Assembly (NCBI GenBank): GCA_047601445.1
Contig: JASGJH010000001.1
Span: 8,192,001 to 8,256,000 of the forward strand
DNA: 64,000 nt
Direction of reading: 5' to 3'
From: Myxococcales bacterium
Lineage (GTDB): Bacteria > Myxococcota_A > Polyangia > Polyangiales > DASUME01
Below are positions 29,030 through 37,793 of this stretch, one piece after another (position 1 is the first letter of the stretch; every line of letters begins with the position of its first letter). The notes under the pieces are model-generated. The model did not search any database, had not been told where the DNA came from, and saw only the letters and a list, made by a program, of their open reading frames with translations. The translations under genes and the position numbers were made by a program.

Positions 29030-30571
29030 CTACTGGCTCCAAGTTATTGAGGAATCGCCCACTGTCACGAGGTTGTCTTGGGGCGCATCCGAGGGGTGCA
29101 GCGGCGTCACCGCGCAGTCCGTCGTCACGCCCTGAGCGCTCACGACAGGTGCAATCTGGGCTACACGCCACAGCTCTTGCTGCGCATTCGCGGTATCGCT
29201 AAACGGCGTTTTCGTCGGATCGAGCTGGTAGCTTCCGCGCAGCTTTCCGCCGCAGTACACGTTGACCAGCGCGCGCACGGGGATCGGGTCCCCGGTCACG
29301 TGGTCGACCGCCACCTGGAAGATCTCCCCCGCGCGTGGATTGTCGAGGTTGATGTTTTCGGGGAGGTATCGCTTGGTGCTGGTGTTGCCCTGGTTGTCGA
29401 GATCGAGCCGCGGATTGACGCAGTTGTTGCGCAGCTGGTGGATCTGGTCGGCGCTACCGGGGAGGCCCCCCGTGAGGCACCCGCTCACGTCGGGCGACGG
29501 CGGGTGGCCCCAGACGCCCCACGCCAGCGTGAAGTTCTCGTTGGCGAAGGTGAACGCGTAGAGATCCTTGTCGGCGCCATTGTTGGCGTACCACTTGGAA
29601 GTGCGTCCCTGGAGGGCCAGGTGCAGGTCGAGGTCCACGAAGTTGGTGACTGACGTGGGACCCGTCTTGTCCCAGCACAGCTCGACGCGCAGGCCCCCTG
29701 CGCCCACCACCAGCGGGAAGGTGCAGCCCAGGGTATCTCCGGACGTGCGCACGATGGTGAGCGTGACGAGGTAGGTCCCGCTCAGCGTGAACTTGACCTG
29801 GGCCTGCTGCGCATTGGCGTTCTGCAACGTGTAGCTCAGGCTAGATTGCTTGGGGTCGAAGCCCGGGATGCTCGCGAACAACTCGTCGCACGGGGAGCCG
29901 GCGACGCTCCACGTGTAGCTGGCTACGTCATTGCCGTTGTAGAACATGGCGGCGTCGAGCGTGGTCACTGCGAAGGGCTTGACGGGCGGCAAGCGCACGT
30001 CGTCCTCGCCCGGGCAATCGATGAACACGTTGCAGTCCTCGCGCTCGTCGACGCAGCCGTTGCAGTCGTTGTCGAGGCGATCGCAGACCTCGGGCTGAGG
30101 GGAGATGCCGCGCTCGCAGGGGCCCCAGCCAGCGAATTCCAGGCCTCCGTAGCAGACCTGGGTGCCGTGCTGGCAGGCGCCCACCTTGGCGTGTCCGGGC
30201 GGGCCGTCGAAGCAGTCCTGGACGCTGCCCACGACGCAGGTGCAGCCGTCGTCGATGAGGCCGTTGCAGTCGTTGTCGTAGCCATCGCAGAGCGAGGCGG
30301 CCGCTTCGCCGCCTGGACCGAGGACCAGGCAGCCGTCGGGGACCAGCTCTTCTGCGGGGCACATCAAGGCGGAGGCGCCGTCGAGGGCTGCATCCGTGCT
30401 GCCGTCGGCGTCAGGGAGCGTGGCGTCCATGCCTGCATCCGCGTGACCCGCATCGAGCACGCCCTTGCCCGGGCTCGCGCCGTCGTGACAGGCGATGCAG
30501 GCGACTCCACAAAGCAGACCGAACGCGGCAGATAGACGAGAGGAAAAACGCGGCAAGTCGGAAGCCCCCAC
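29030..30571 (-). CDS. Cys-rich lipoprotein with DNDCNG (MopE-related/Ca-binding) repeats
   Basis: CIAC lipobox; CDGYDNDCNGLIDD and CDRLDNDCNGCVDE; DLDLHL...ENINLDNP domain. Confidence 0.8.
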   Translation of the reverse strand: MGASDLPRFSSRLSAAFGLLCGVACIACHDGASPGKGVLDAGHADAGMDATLPDADGSTDAALDGASALMCPAEELVPDGCLVLGPGGEAAASLCDGYDNDCNGLIDDGCTCVVGSVQDCFDGPPGHAKVGACQHGTQVCYGGLEFAGWGPCERGISPQPEVCDRLDNDCNGCVDEREDCNVFIDCPGEDDVRLPPVKPFAVTTLDAAMFYNGNDVASYTWSVAGSPCDELFASIPGFDPKQSSLSYTLQNANAQQAQVKFTLSGTYLVTLTIVRTSGDTLGCTFPLVVGAGGLRVELCWDKTGPTSVTNFVDLDLHLALQGRTSKWYANNGADKDLYAFTFANENFTLAWGVWGHPPSPDVSGCLTGGLPGSADQIHQLRNNCVNPRLDLDNQGNTSTKRYLPENINLDNPRAGEIFQVAVDHVTGDPIPVRALVNVYCGGKLRGSYQLDPTKTPFSDTANAQQELWRVAQIAPVVSAQGVTTDCAVTPLHPSDAPQDNLVTVGDSSITWSQ

Positions 30572-30601
30572 CCGAATTGCAGGGGAGGGACGGGCTCGAC
30601 G

Positions 30602-32593
30602 TCAACGCTGGACTTGGAATTCGATCGACGCCGCGGTCACGTTGTAGGCCGCATCGCTCGCGCGCACGGAGCCGATGTGGGTTCCGGGCGCAAGCGCGCT
30701 CAGGTCGACCGCAAAGCGTTCTTCGCGGGTGTCGAGCAAGCCGTCCACGGACGAGATGGGCAAATAAGGTGCCCCGTCGAAGGAGAGCTCGAGCGAGTGG
30801 ATCGGGCCGAGCGCGTCCCGGGCCGTGCCGGAGAGCTGCTTACCTTGCACCTTGAGGTCGATGATCTCGGGGCCGTGGTTGTCCACTAGGATGGGACCGC
30901 TGAAGGCCTCGGAGCGCCGCACGAAGGCCACCGGGTTGCTGTTTTCGTCGGAGGCTTCGACGCGCACACGGTAGAAGCCGTCGGGCAGGGTGCGCGTTTC
31001 CCACTCGTATTCGGTCTGCTCGAGCGGCTCGTGTTCGCGCAGCGCGGGCAGCCACGTGGCATGGGCTTCCTGTCGGAAGAACACGCGGTAGCGCAGACGA
31101 TCTTCGTCGGGATTGTCGACCTCCCACGTGAGCGAGACGATGCTCTTGTGGGGCGGTAGGCCGCCCTTGGCGTCGGGGGTCTTGCCGGGGCGTGTGCGCA
31201 CGTGGCGCAGCTGAGCCTGCTGGTTCTGGGGCAAGTAGTAGGCGTTCAAGGCATAGAGCTCGGCGTCGCCCACCAGGCTCAAGCGCACCTGCAGGAAGCG
31301 CGCGGCGGCGCTCTTGATTGGTCCCTGGGTGGCGCTCTCGGCGGACCACGCCGACCAGCTGTCGTCGGGGGTCTCGGTGTTGCCCGAGCGCGTTGCCCAG
31401 CGCAGCGTTCCGCGCGCGCGAAAGCTCAGCTCGCCGAAGCGAGCGGGCACCTTGGCGTCGAGCGCGGCGCTGGTCCAGAGGCCGTCCTTAGCGTTCGCTT
31501 CCACGCGGTACACCGCGACTCCGTCCGAGGTCACGAAGTGAGGGGCCTTGCCCAAGAGATGGAGTGCCACCACCTGGCGTTCATCGGCGTCGGCCCAGGT
31601 TGCGCGGTCGCCGTTGCGCTCGACCCGAACCACACGGCCCTCCTGGGCGAGGCCCACCTGCACGGCCTGGCCCGAGCTCTCGATCTCGAGCGCGCTGATG
31701 TGACCTGTGTCCGACGCATACAGCTCGTCTAGCTGGCCGTCGAAGCCGAGGGTGTAAAGCTTGCCCTTGCCCGGCTTGGGCCGCCGCAGTCGCGCCGATC
31801 CGAGGTCTTTGCTGGCATCCGGACTGGCTGCCGGTAGGTCCGGAAAATCGTTCGAGGCCACCGCGATGAAGCCCGAGGCTACGTCCAGCGTGGTGATCTC
31901 CTGACCCGGGAAATCATGGAGCACGCTGACCTTGGGCGTTCCCGAGTCCTCCACGCGCAAGAGGCGCGCACCGTTGCTCGTGCCGACGTAGAGCCGACCC
32001 AGCTCGTCTTGCTCGAGGCAAAGCAGATGCTCCGCGCTGTCGTCGTGGACCAGTCGAGGAACCGCTCCGCCACTCAAGGCGAACAGCTTGCCCTGGGGAC
32101 CCGTGGCCGCGTAGACGGTGCTCTTCTTGGCGTCGAAGGCGAGTCCCCAGATGTGGTCCGCCCCCTCCAACTTCACGAGCTCCTTGGCAGCACCCTTGGC
32201 GTCCACCGTGAAGATGCGTCCACCCGGCAGGCTGCCCGCGTAGAGCACGTCCCCCACCCACATCAGCGAGGTGATGACGGCGGCATCGGTGTCCGCAAAG
32301 AGCTTCGCCCCGTCGGCCGTCACGCGATACACGGCGCCGTCGTTCCCGGTGCCCACGTAGATGGCACCGTCGGGCCCCACGGCACTGGAGTAAGCCACGG
32401 GCACCCCTTCCAGGGGCACACGCTTGCTCGACATCCCGCGGGTCAGCGTGCCGCCCGAGTGCGAGGCCGCCCCCTCGAATTTGCCCTTCTCGAACGCCTC
32501 GTTGGTGTCGATGACGAAGCTCTTGGTGGAGACGGCGAGGACCGCGCTCGGCACGAGCAACGTGCCTGCGAGCCACGCCAGCGCGCGCTTCAT
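30602..32593 (-). CDS. Secreted beta-propeller protein with C-terminal Ig/FN3-like domains
   Basis: Signal peptide; repeated IYVGTG/LYAGS/VYAATG blades; LPDGFYRVRVEASD. Confidence 0.8.
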   Translation of the reverse strand: MKRALAWLAGTLLVPSAVLAVSTKSFVIDTNEAFEKGKFEGAASHSGGTLTRGMSSKRVPLEGVPVAYSSAVGPDGAIYVGTGNDGAVYRVTADGAKLFADTDAAVITSLMWVGDVLYAGSLPGGRIFTVDAKGAAKELVKLEGADHIWGLAFDAKKSTVYAATGPQGKLFALSGGAVPRLVHDDSAEHLLCLEQDELGRLYVGTSNGARLLRVEDSGTPKVSVLHDFPGQEITTLDVASGFIAVASNDFPDLPAASPDASKDLGSARLRRPKPGKGKLYTLGFDGQLDELYASDTGHISALEIESSGQAVQVGLAQEGRVVRVERNGDRATWADADERQVVALHLLGKAPHFVTSDGVAVYRVEANAKDGLWTSAALDAKVPARFGELSFRARGTLRWATRSGNTETPDDSWSAWSAESATQGPIKSAAARFLQVRLSLVGDAELYALNAYYLPQNQQAQLRHVRTRPGKTPDAKGGLPPHKSIVSLTWEVDNPDEDRLRYRVFFRQEAHATWLPALREHEPLEQTEYEWETRTLPDGFYRVRVEASDENSNPVAFVRRSEAFSGPILVDNHGPEIIDLKVQGKQLSGTARDALGPIHSLELSFDGAPYLPISSVDGLLDTREERFAVDLSALAPGTHIGSVRASDAAYNVTAASIEFQVQR

Positions 32594-34506
32594 TGTTTCT
32601 CCTTACGTACACTGAGGCTCAGCTTGGCTTGGCCCGTGATCACACGACCCATCGGCAGCACCGTGCGCTCCTGGGTCACGAACAGGGGCGTGCGCGCTGT
32701 GTCGTTGCCCGTGGCCAGGCTATCGAGCATCGAGCCAGGAAGATTGCGCACCACGTGACCCGCGAGGGTCATGCCGCGCGACTTGCGCTGCACACTGAGC
32801 ACCAGGCTCGTGCCGGGCAGGCTAGTGCGGACGTTCGCGAGGACTTCGGTCAAGTTGCGGGCGATGGGCCGCTCCAGGCGCACTTGATCGCCGGGCTGCA
32901 CTTCGAGCTCCACCTGCTCTCCCGCCAAGCTCGCAGGCACCGGGACCTCTACGATGCGTTGCTCGATGGGGCCGTCGTAGGCTTGCAGCGTCAAGACCAC
33001 CTTGGCGCTCGCGCCCGGATCGATCTCATCGGTGGTGAGCTGGGCCGACACGAGCTCCGTGACTTGGTGGCCGAAGCGTACGTCGAGGTCGATTTCCACG
33101 CGCTCGACCTCCGCCTTCTCGAACGGGTTGGCGTAGGCCGCTTCCAGGAGATCGAAGACCCGCAGCCGCGACAGCGCGCCGATCTGCGAGATGCCTGTCC
33201 CTGCGAAGCCTTCGTCGACCACGTCTTGTCTGGCTTGACCCTTGATTTGAACCCGGGTTTGCGCCCGGAACATCATGTCGTCGTTGTCGTTGAGGCTCGC
33301 TCCCACCGCGCTACCCAGGGCCGTGAGCACCATGGATGGCGTCAGCAGGCGATGGCTCACGACCTCCACGTTCCAACTCTCTCGCGGCAGTCCCGGTACG
33401 CCGCGCACGTGGATACGCACCGGGATCACCGCGGGCGTGACCCCGCTATCCACCACGATGGCGGACTGGCGGTCGTGGATGAGGGCGCCGAGCGGCTTGA
33501 TGGCCTCCGCCATCTTGAACGACGAGCGCTCGCTGGCGAGCACGTGGATGACGCGCGAGGTGGCGGTGGGCAGACCGACCTCGCCCGCATCGAGCATGGG
33601 GTGGCCGAAGGCGATGGCGCGCTTTCCGGCCACATGAGTGACGGTACCGACGGCGGTCGCCTGGATATCTCCGCGCATCAAGGTGACCGCGATGGAGCCG
33701 CCGTCGACGAAGCCCGCGGGACCGCTGTCGCCGGTCGAGCTGGCCCCCGTGCCGGCCTCGAGGACCTCCAGGCCCAGCGGACCAAGCTGCTCGCGCAACA
33801 CGCGCGCCATGGGCGCCGTGACACCTCCCACGAGCAACGGTGTGGCGCATGGGACGAGCCTGCTCTGGGTCGACGCGTCCTCGGAACGCAAGCGCTTGCG
33901 GCCAAGGTCCTCGAGCGACCAAAACGCATGGCGCCGCTCTTCGCCTCGGTAGCCGCCCTGGTTGCCAGGGCCTGCCGCGCTGCTCGCGCGCGGCGCGGAA
34001 AGCGGCGGCGCGATGGGGAAGGCATTCGGGCGCCTGGGACGCTCCAGCTCCTTGAGCATGTTGACGATGGGGGTCACGCCCGCGATGGGGTCCTTGCCGT
34101 AGGACCAGCCGTACGCGTAGGCGCCGAGCAGTCGTCCATCGAGGTAGATCGGGCTCCCGCTCATGCCTGCCACGGAGCCCGTATGCTCGAGGAGCGGGTG
34201 GGGCGTCTTGATCAGCACCAGATCCTGATCAGGCCGGAAGTTGTGGAGGACGCCGATGACCTCGACGTCGAAGCGCGCAGGCTCGGTACCTTCGAACACG
34301 CTGAGGCCGTAGCCCTTCATGCCCGCGCGCACCTCGGACACCGGCATGGTCTTCAGACCGGCCGGCTCCGAGCCGCTGGCAGCCGCCGAGAGCAGCCCGG
34401 TGGCAGCCGTGAAGAGACCCACGCCAATCAGCCGCTCGCGCAGACGCACCCTGAAGCGGCGCGGTCCACGGTGGGTGCGCCACTTCCTTTCCCAAGACCA
34501 ACTCAC
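32590..34506 (-). CDS. SpoIVB-type peptidase S55 domain protein
   Basis: GMKGYGLSVF, VAGMSGSPIYLDGRLLGA, AFGHPM; start may lie further in. Confidence 0.88.
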   Translation of the reverse strand: MSWSWERKWRTHRGPRRFRVRLRERLIGVGLFTAATGLLSAAASGSEPAGLKTMPVSEVRAGMKGYGLSVFEGTEPARFDVEVIGVLHNFRPDQDLVLIKTPHPLLEHTGSVAGMSGSPIYLDGRLLGAYAYGWSYGKDPIAGVTPIVNMLKELERPRRPNAFPIAPPLSAPRASSAAGPGNQGGYRGEERRHAFWSLEDLGRKRLRSEDASTQSRLVPCATPLLVGGVTAPMARVLREQLGPLGLEVLEAGTGASSTGDSGPAGFVDGGSIAVTLMRGDIQATAVGTVTHVAGKRAIAFGHPMLDAGEVGLPTATSRVIHVLASERSSFKMAEAIKPLGALIHDRQSAIVVDSGVTPAVIPVRIHVRGVPGLPRESWNVEVVSHRLLTPSMVLTALGSAVGASLNDNDDMMFRAQTRVQIKGQARQDVVDEGFAGTGISQIGALSRLRVFDLLEAAYANPFEKAEVERVEIDLDVRFGHQVTELVSAQLTTDEIDPGASAKVVLTLQAYDGPIEQRIVEVPVPASLAGEQVELEVQPGDQVRLERPIARNLTEVLANVRTSLPGTSLVLSVQRKSRGMTLAGHVVRNLPGSMLDSLATGNDTARTPLFVTQERTVLPMGRVITGQAKLSLSVRKEKQ

Positions 34507-34513
34507 AAGGCGG

Positions 34514-35077
34514 TTATTCTGCCACGGCCCCGCGCGCCGGGAGCGCGCTGTTTGCGAGTGGCAGGCCCGAGGACCTGCGGGTCAGGGAGCGGGTCGCTGT
34601 GGCAGGCGCCAGGCGGGGGCGCGGCGTGCTGCTCCCAAAATCAGGCGCTAACCACTCCGCGACTTGCTCCGCCTGCAGCGGTCGGACGACGCATCCGAGG
34701 GCACCGGCGGCACGCGCGGCGGCGACGAAGCGTGGTTCGGCGTGGCTGACGATGACGAGCGCGCGCGAGCCCGGACGGGTTCGTTGAAGATCGCGCACCA
34801 GGTCGACCCCTGAACGTCCGGGCAAGCTCTCGCTCACCAAGATCAAGCTGACCGCCCACTCGCCCACCAACGCCAATGCGCCACTTCCGCTGCCGGTCGC
34901 GACCACGCGCAGTCCCTGCTTGCGGAGTACCTTGGCCATCTGGGCTTGCAGATCGGGATCGGCTTCCACGAGCAATACCGTGTGCTCGTGCGCGACCTCC
35001 GGCGCCGCCGAAGTCGCAATGCTCATCGCGGGGGTTCTCCCCCGTCGGCGAACAGCGCTGCGCTCGATCTTCCCCAT
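34514..35077 (-). CDS. Stand-alone receiver-domain protein, atypical
   Basis: VLLVEADPD, LILVSESLPGRSGVDL (Ser at the usual phospho-Asp position), VVRP in place of KP. Confidence 0.7.
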   Translation of the reverse strand: MGKIERSAVRRRGRTPAMSIATSAAPEVAHEHTVLLVEADPDLQAQMAKVLRKQGLRVVATGSGSGALALVGEWAVSLILVSESLPGRSGVDLVRDLQRTRPGSRALVIVSHAEPRFVAAARAAGALGCVVRPLQAEQVAEWLAPDFGSSTPRPRLAPATATRSLTRRSSGLPLANSALPARGAVAE

Positions 35078-35270
35078 GCGCGTTAGGTCAACCCCCCGGA
35101 TTGGCCATCATAGGGGCCGGTCTTAGCTCGTGCAATGACCAGGCTTGGCTGCGCGCTGCCCGAGTTGGGTGAACTTTGCTTGCTGAAAGCGCTATCTACT
35201 GAACATCATGTAAGTTTCGTCAACAGCCATGAAAGTGGTTGGGGTGATGCGGCCCACCAACCTGACCGAA

Positions 35271-35885
35271 CTAAAACACTCTGAACTGCATCAGGCGGCG
35301 GTCTCCCTGAGACAACACGATCCGCCGGACCTCTTCATGGCCACCTGGACGAAGCACGCTCACCGTGTGGGAGCCCGGGTCGACCCAGAGATTGTGATCC
35401 AGCTCGTTCATATAGATTCGCTTGTCGTCGATCAGCAGTCGGTCGTCCGGACGTAGGCCCTCGACCACCACCCGTAGGCGCGGGATGCTCGCTTCGATTC
35501 GAGCCATTTGGGTCTCCGCGACCTTGCGATGGCTAGGGCTGATACCAGGCGCGGTACTGGCGTTGAAGCGGCGATAGTTGGCGTTGCTTACCAACAGCTT
35601 GCCGGTGCGATGCTGCGCCCCCGCCAGGTTGAACAGGGCGGCCGGATTGGGCACCAGCGCGTACGACACTTGAAAGGCCACCAGCGCCTCTGCCCAATGG
35701 CCCAAGCGTGCCTGCTCCACACCCAGCTTGAACTGCTTGCGCGATTCCAGGATCGACGCCGCGGGTGGCTCGGCATCGGCGTGGACCTGCGCTGGCTCGA
35801 AGCGCAGACCCAGGGCCAGGTCGAAGCGGGCGGGTGCGACCGCGAGCACGACCAGGAACAGGCACAACAGGCTACGGCGCCGCAT
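35271..35885 (-). CDS. Secreted TPR + PEGA-like protein
   Basis: Signal peptide; FQVSYALVPNPAALFNLA; VDPGSHTVSV. Confidence 0.7.
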   Translation of the reverse strand: MRRRSLLCLFLVVLAVAPARFDLALGLRFEPAQVHADAEPPAASILESRKQFKLGVEQARLGHWAEALVAFQVSYALVPNPAALFNLAGAQHRTGKLLVSNANYRRFNASTAPGISPSHRKVAETQMARIEASIPRLRVVVEGLRPDDRLLIDDKRIYMNELDHNLWVDPGSHTVSVLRPGGHEEVRRIVLSQGDRRLMQFRVF

Positions 35886-35962
35886 GGAACGCTTAGGGTA
35901 GATCACACCGGCCCACTTCGGAAGCATCTCGCCGGCGCTTGACGTGGCGCGAGCCGACGCCC

Positions 35963-37078
35963 ATGAGAGATGTCGTGGTACGTCGTTTGCCCATTGCCGA
36001 TCAGGGGTCACCGCCGCTCCCAGCGCGGGTCGACCCGGGTTTTGCGGCTGACCTCTCGGGCTCGCCCGCTGCCGCGCTGCCTTCCACGCTGTCCGACCCA
36101 CGCGGCCGTGTTTACTCGTACCTGCGGCTGTCGGTCACCGATCGCTGCGACTTCGCCTGCGTCTACTGCATGCCTCCGGGCGGCGAAGACGATCACGCGC
36201 TGCGGCCCGAGCTGCTCACCTTCGAGGAGATCGCACGCGTGGTTGCGGTGTTCGAGAGCGTGGGCGTGAACCGCGTGCGCTTTACCGGCGGTGAGCCCCT
36301 GGTGCGACGCGACATCGTGGGCCTGGTGGACCTGGTGCGTCGGCGGACCGGCGTGGAGCGCCTGGTCATGACCACCAACGGGAATCGCCTGGCCGAGCTG
36401 GCCAAGCCCTTGCGCGCGGCGGGTCTGAGCGGCTGCAACGTGTCCATCGATACCCTCGATCCGGAGCGCTTTCGCGCCATCACGCGGGGGGGTGACGTGA
36501 GCGCGGTGGTGGCCGGCGTGCACGCCGCGCTCGATGCGGGACTCGAGGTGAAGATCAACGCGGTCCTGCTGGGCGGTGTGAACGAGGAGGATGCGGGGCG
36601 GCTCGTGGACTGGGCCTGGTCCCTGGGGCTGACGCCGCGCTTCATCGAGTTGATGCCGCTGGGGGAAGCCGCCAACCTGCCGCCCGAACGCTTCCTGAGT
36701 CGAGAGCGGGTGCTCGCGGCTTTGGGGGACAGGCTCGAGGTCTCGGACACGGCGCGCTCGGTGCCCGGCCAGGGGCCCGCACGCTACGTCCATGGGCGTG
36801 GCGCGGATCGCACGCGCAGGGTCGGTTTCATCACGGCGGTCTCCGACGAGTTCTGCGCGGACTGCAACCGCGTACGCGTCAATGCGCGTGGCGAGATTCG
36901 GGCTTGCCTGGCGTCGCGGCGCGCGGTCTCGCTGCGCGATCTGTTGCGCGCGGGCCGCAGCGACGCTGAACTCGTGGACGCCATCCGCTACGCGCTGGGC
37001 GAAAAGCACCGTGGACACCGCTTCGACGTGGCGGGCGAGGAGCATACGCGCGTCGGGATGAGCCTGATCGGCGGTTGA
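35963..37078 (+). CDS. moaA: GTP 3',8-cyclase (radical SAM)
   Basis: YLRLSVTDRCDFACVYC, RFTGGEP, FCADCNRVR...C, terminal MSLIGG. Confidence 0.96.
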   Translation: MRDVVVRRLPIADQGSPPLPARVDPGFAADLSGSPAAALPSTLSDPRGRVYSYLRLSVTDRCDFACVYCMPPGGEDDHALRPELLTFEEIARVVAVFESVGVNRVRFTGGEPLVRRDIVGLVDLVRRRTGVERLVMTTNGNRLAELAKPLRAAGLSGCNVSIDTLDPERFRAITRGGDVSAVVAGVHAALDAGLEVKINAVLLGGVNEEDAGRLVDWAWSLGLTPRFIELMPLGEAANLPPERFLSRERVLAALGDRLEVSDTARSVPGQGPARYVHGRGADRTRRVGFITAVSDEFCADCNRVRVNARGEIRACLASRRAVSLRDLLRAGRSDAELVDAIRYALGEKHRGHRFDVAGEEHTRVGMSLIGG

Positions 37079-37084
37079 TGACTG

Positions 37085-37558
37085 ATGCGCGCGGCGCCAG
37101 CTCGGGTTACACATCGGCTCTCCGTGACGACGTCTCCGAGCAAGCTGTGGATGTGGGTGTTCGTATCGCTGGCTGCCGGCTGCAGCGAGCGTACGGGCGA
37201 GCTCAGGGAGTGGAAGCCGGAGGACCATCAGCCGCCACCCGCGGTGGCTCCGGAAGGGCAGGGCGAAGGCGCGGGCCCCGGCGGCGACACCACGGCCAAC
37301 GCCGTGGCGGCCCTGTGGAGCCTTCGTTGTGCCACCTGCCACGGGCCTCAGGGCAGGGGCGACGGTGCGCAGCGGCCGCCGGGCAGCGCCATGCCGGACA
37401 TGGCTCAAGGGGCTTTCCAGGCGCAGCGCTCCGACGCGCAGCTGGCCGAGACCATCACCCGGGGCCGCGGGATGATGCCCGCTTTCGGCCAGGAGCTGAC
37501 CGAGGCGGGCACGGCGGCCCTGATCCAGCACATCCGGAGCTTCGGGGCGCCTCCATGA
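37085..37558 (+). CDS. Monoheme c-type cytochrome lipoprotein
   Basis: LAAGC lipobox, CATCH, GMMPAF; alternative start 37151. Confidence 0.85.
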   Translation: MRAAPARVTHRLSVTTSPSKLWMWVFVSLAAGCSERTGELREWKPEDHQPPPAVAPEGQGEGAGPGGDTTANAVAALWSLRCATCHGPQGRGDGAQRPPGSAMPDMAQGAFQAQRSDAQLAETITRGRGMMPAFGQELTEAGTAALIQHIRSFGAPP

Positions 37559-37639
37559 CAGGGCAGCCTGCGGGGCTTGGCGGCTGTCCGACCGAGTTTT
37601 GCAGAATGGTGCCAGATCGGTTAAACCCGGCTGGCTTTT

Positions 37640-37713
37640 TCCCGAGTCGTCTAAAGGCAGGACGGCGGACTTTGGATCCGCTAATGATGGTTCGAATCCA
37701 TCCTCGGGAACCA
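37640..37713 (+). tRNA. tRNA-Gln (anticodon TTG), CCA encoded
   Basis: Acceptor TCCCGAG/CTCGGGA; anticodon arm GCGGA-CTTTGGA-TCCGC; T arm GATGG-TTCGAAT-CCATC. Confidence 0.95.
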
Positions 37714-37793
37714 CGCGGACGCTGGTCGTTGCTCGGCCTTGTTGGTTCAGACAAGCCAGATTCAGACAGGCCCCTGTTTTGAGGCGGGACAGC

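Noticed and set aside
37640..37793. tRNA-Gln as an island integration site
   Set aside because: No integrase nearby, and I saw no duplicated tRNA 3' end or compositional shift
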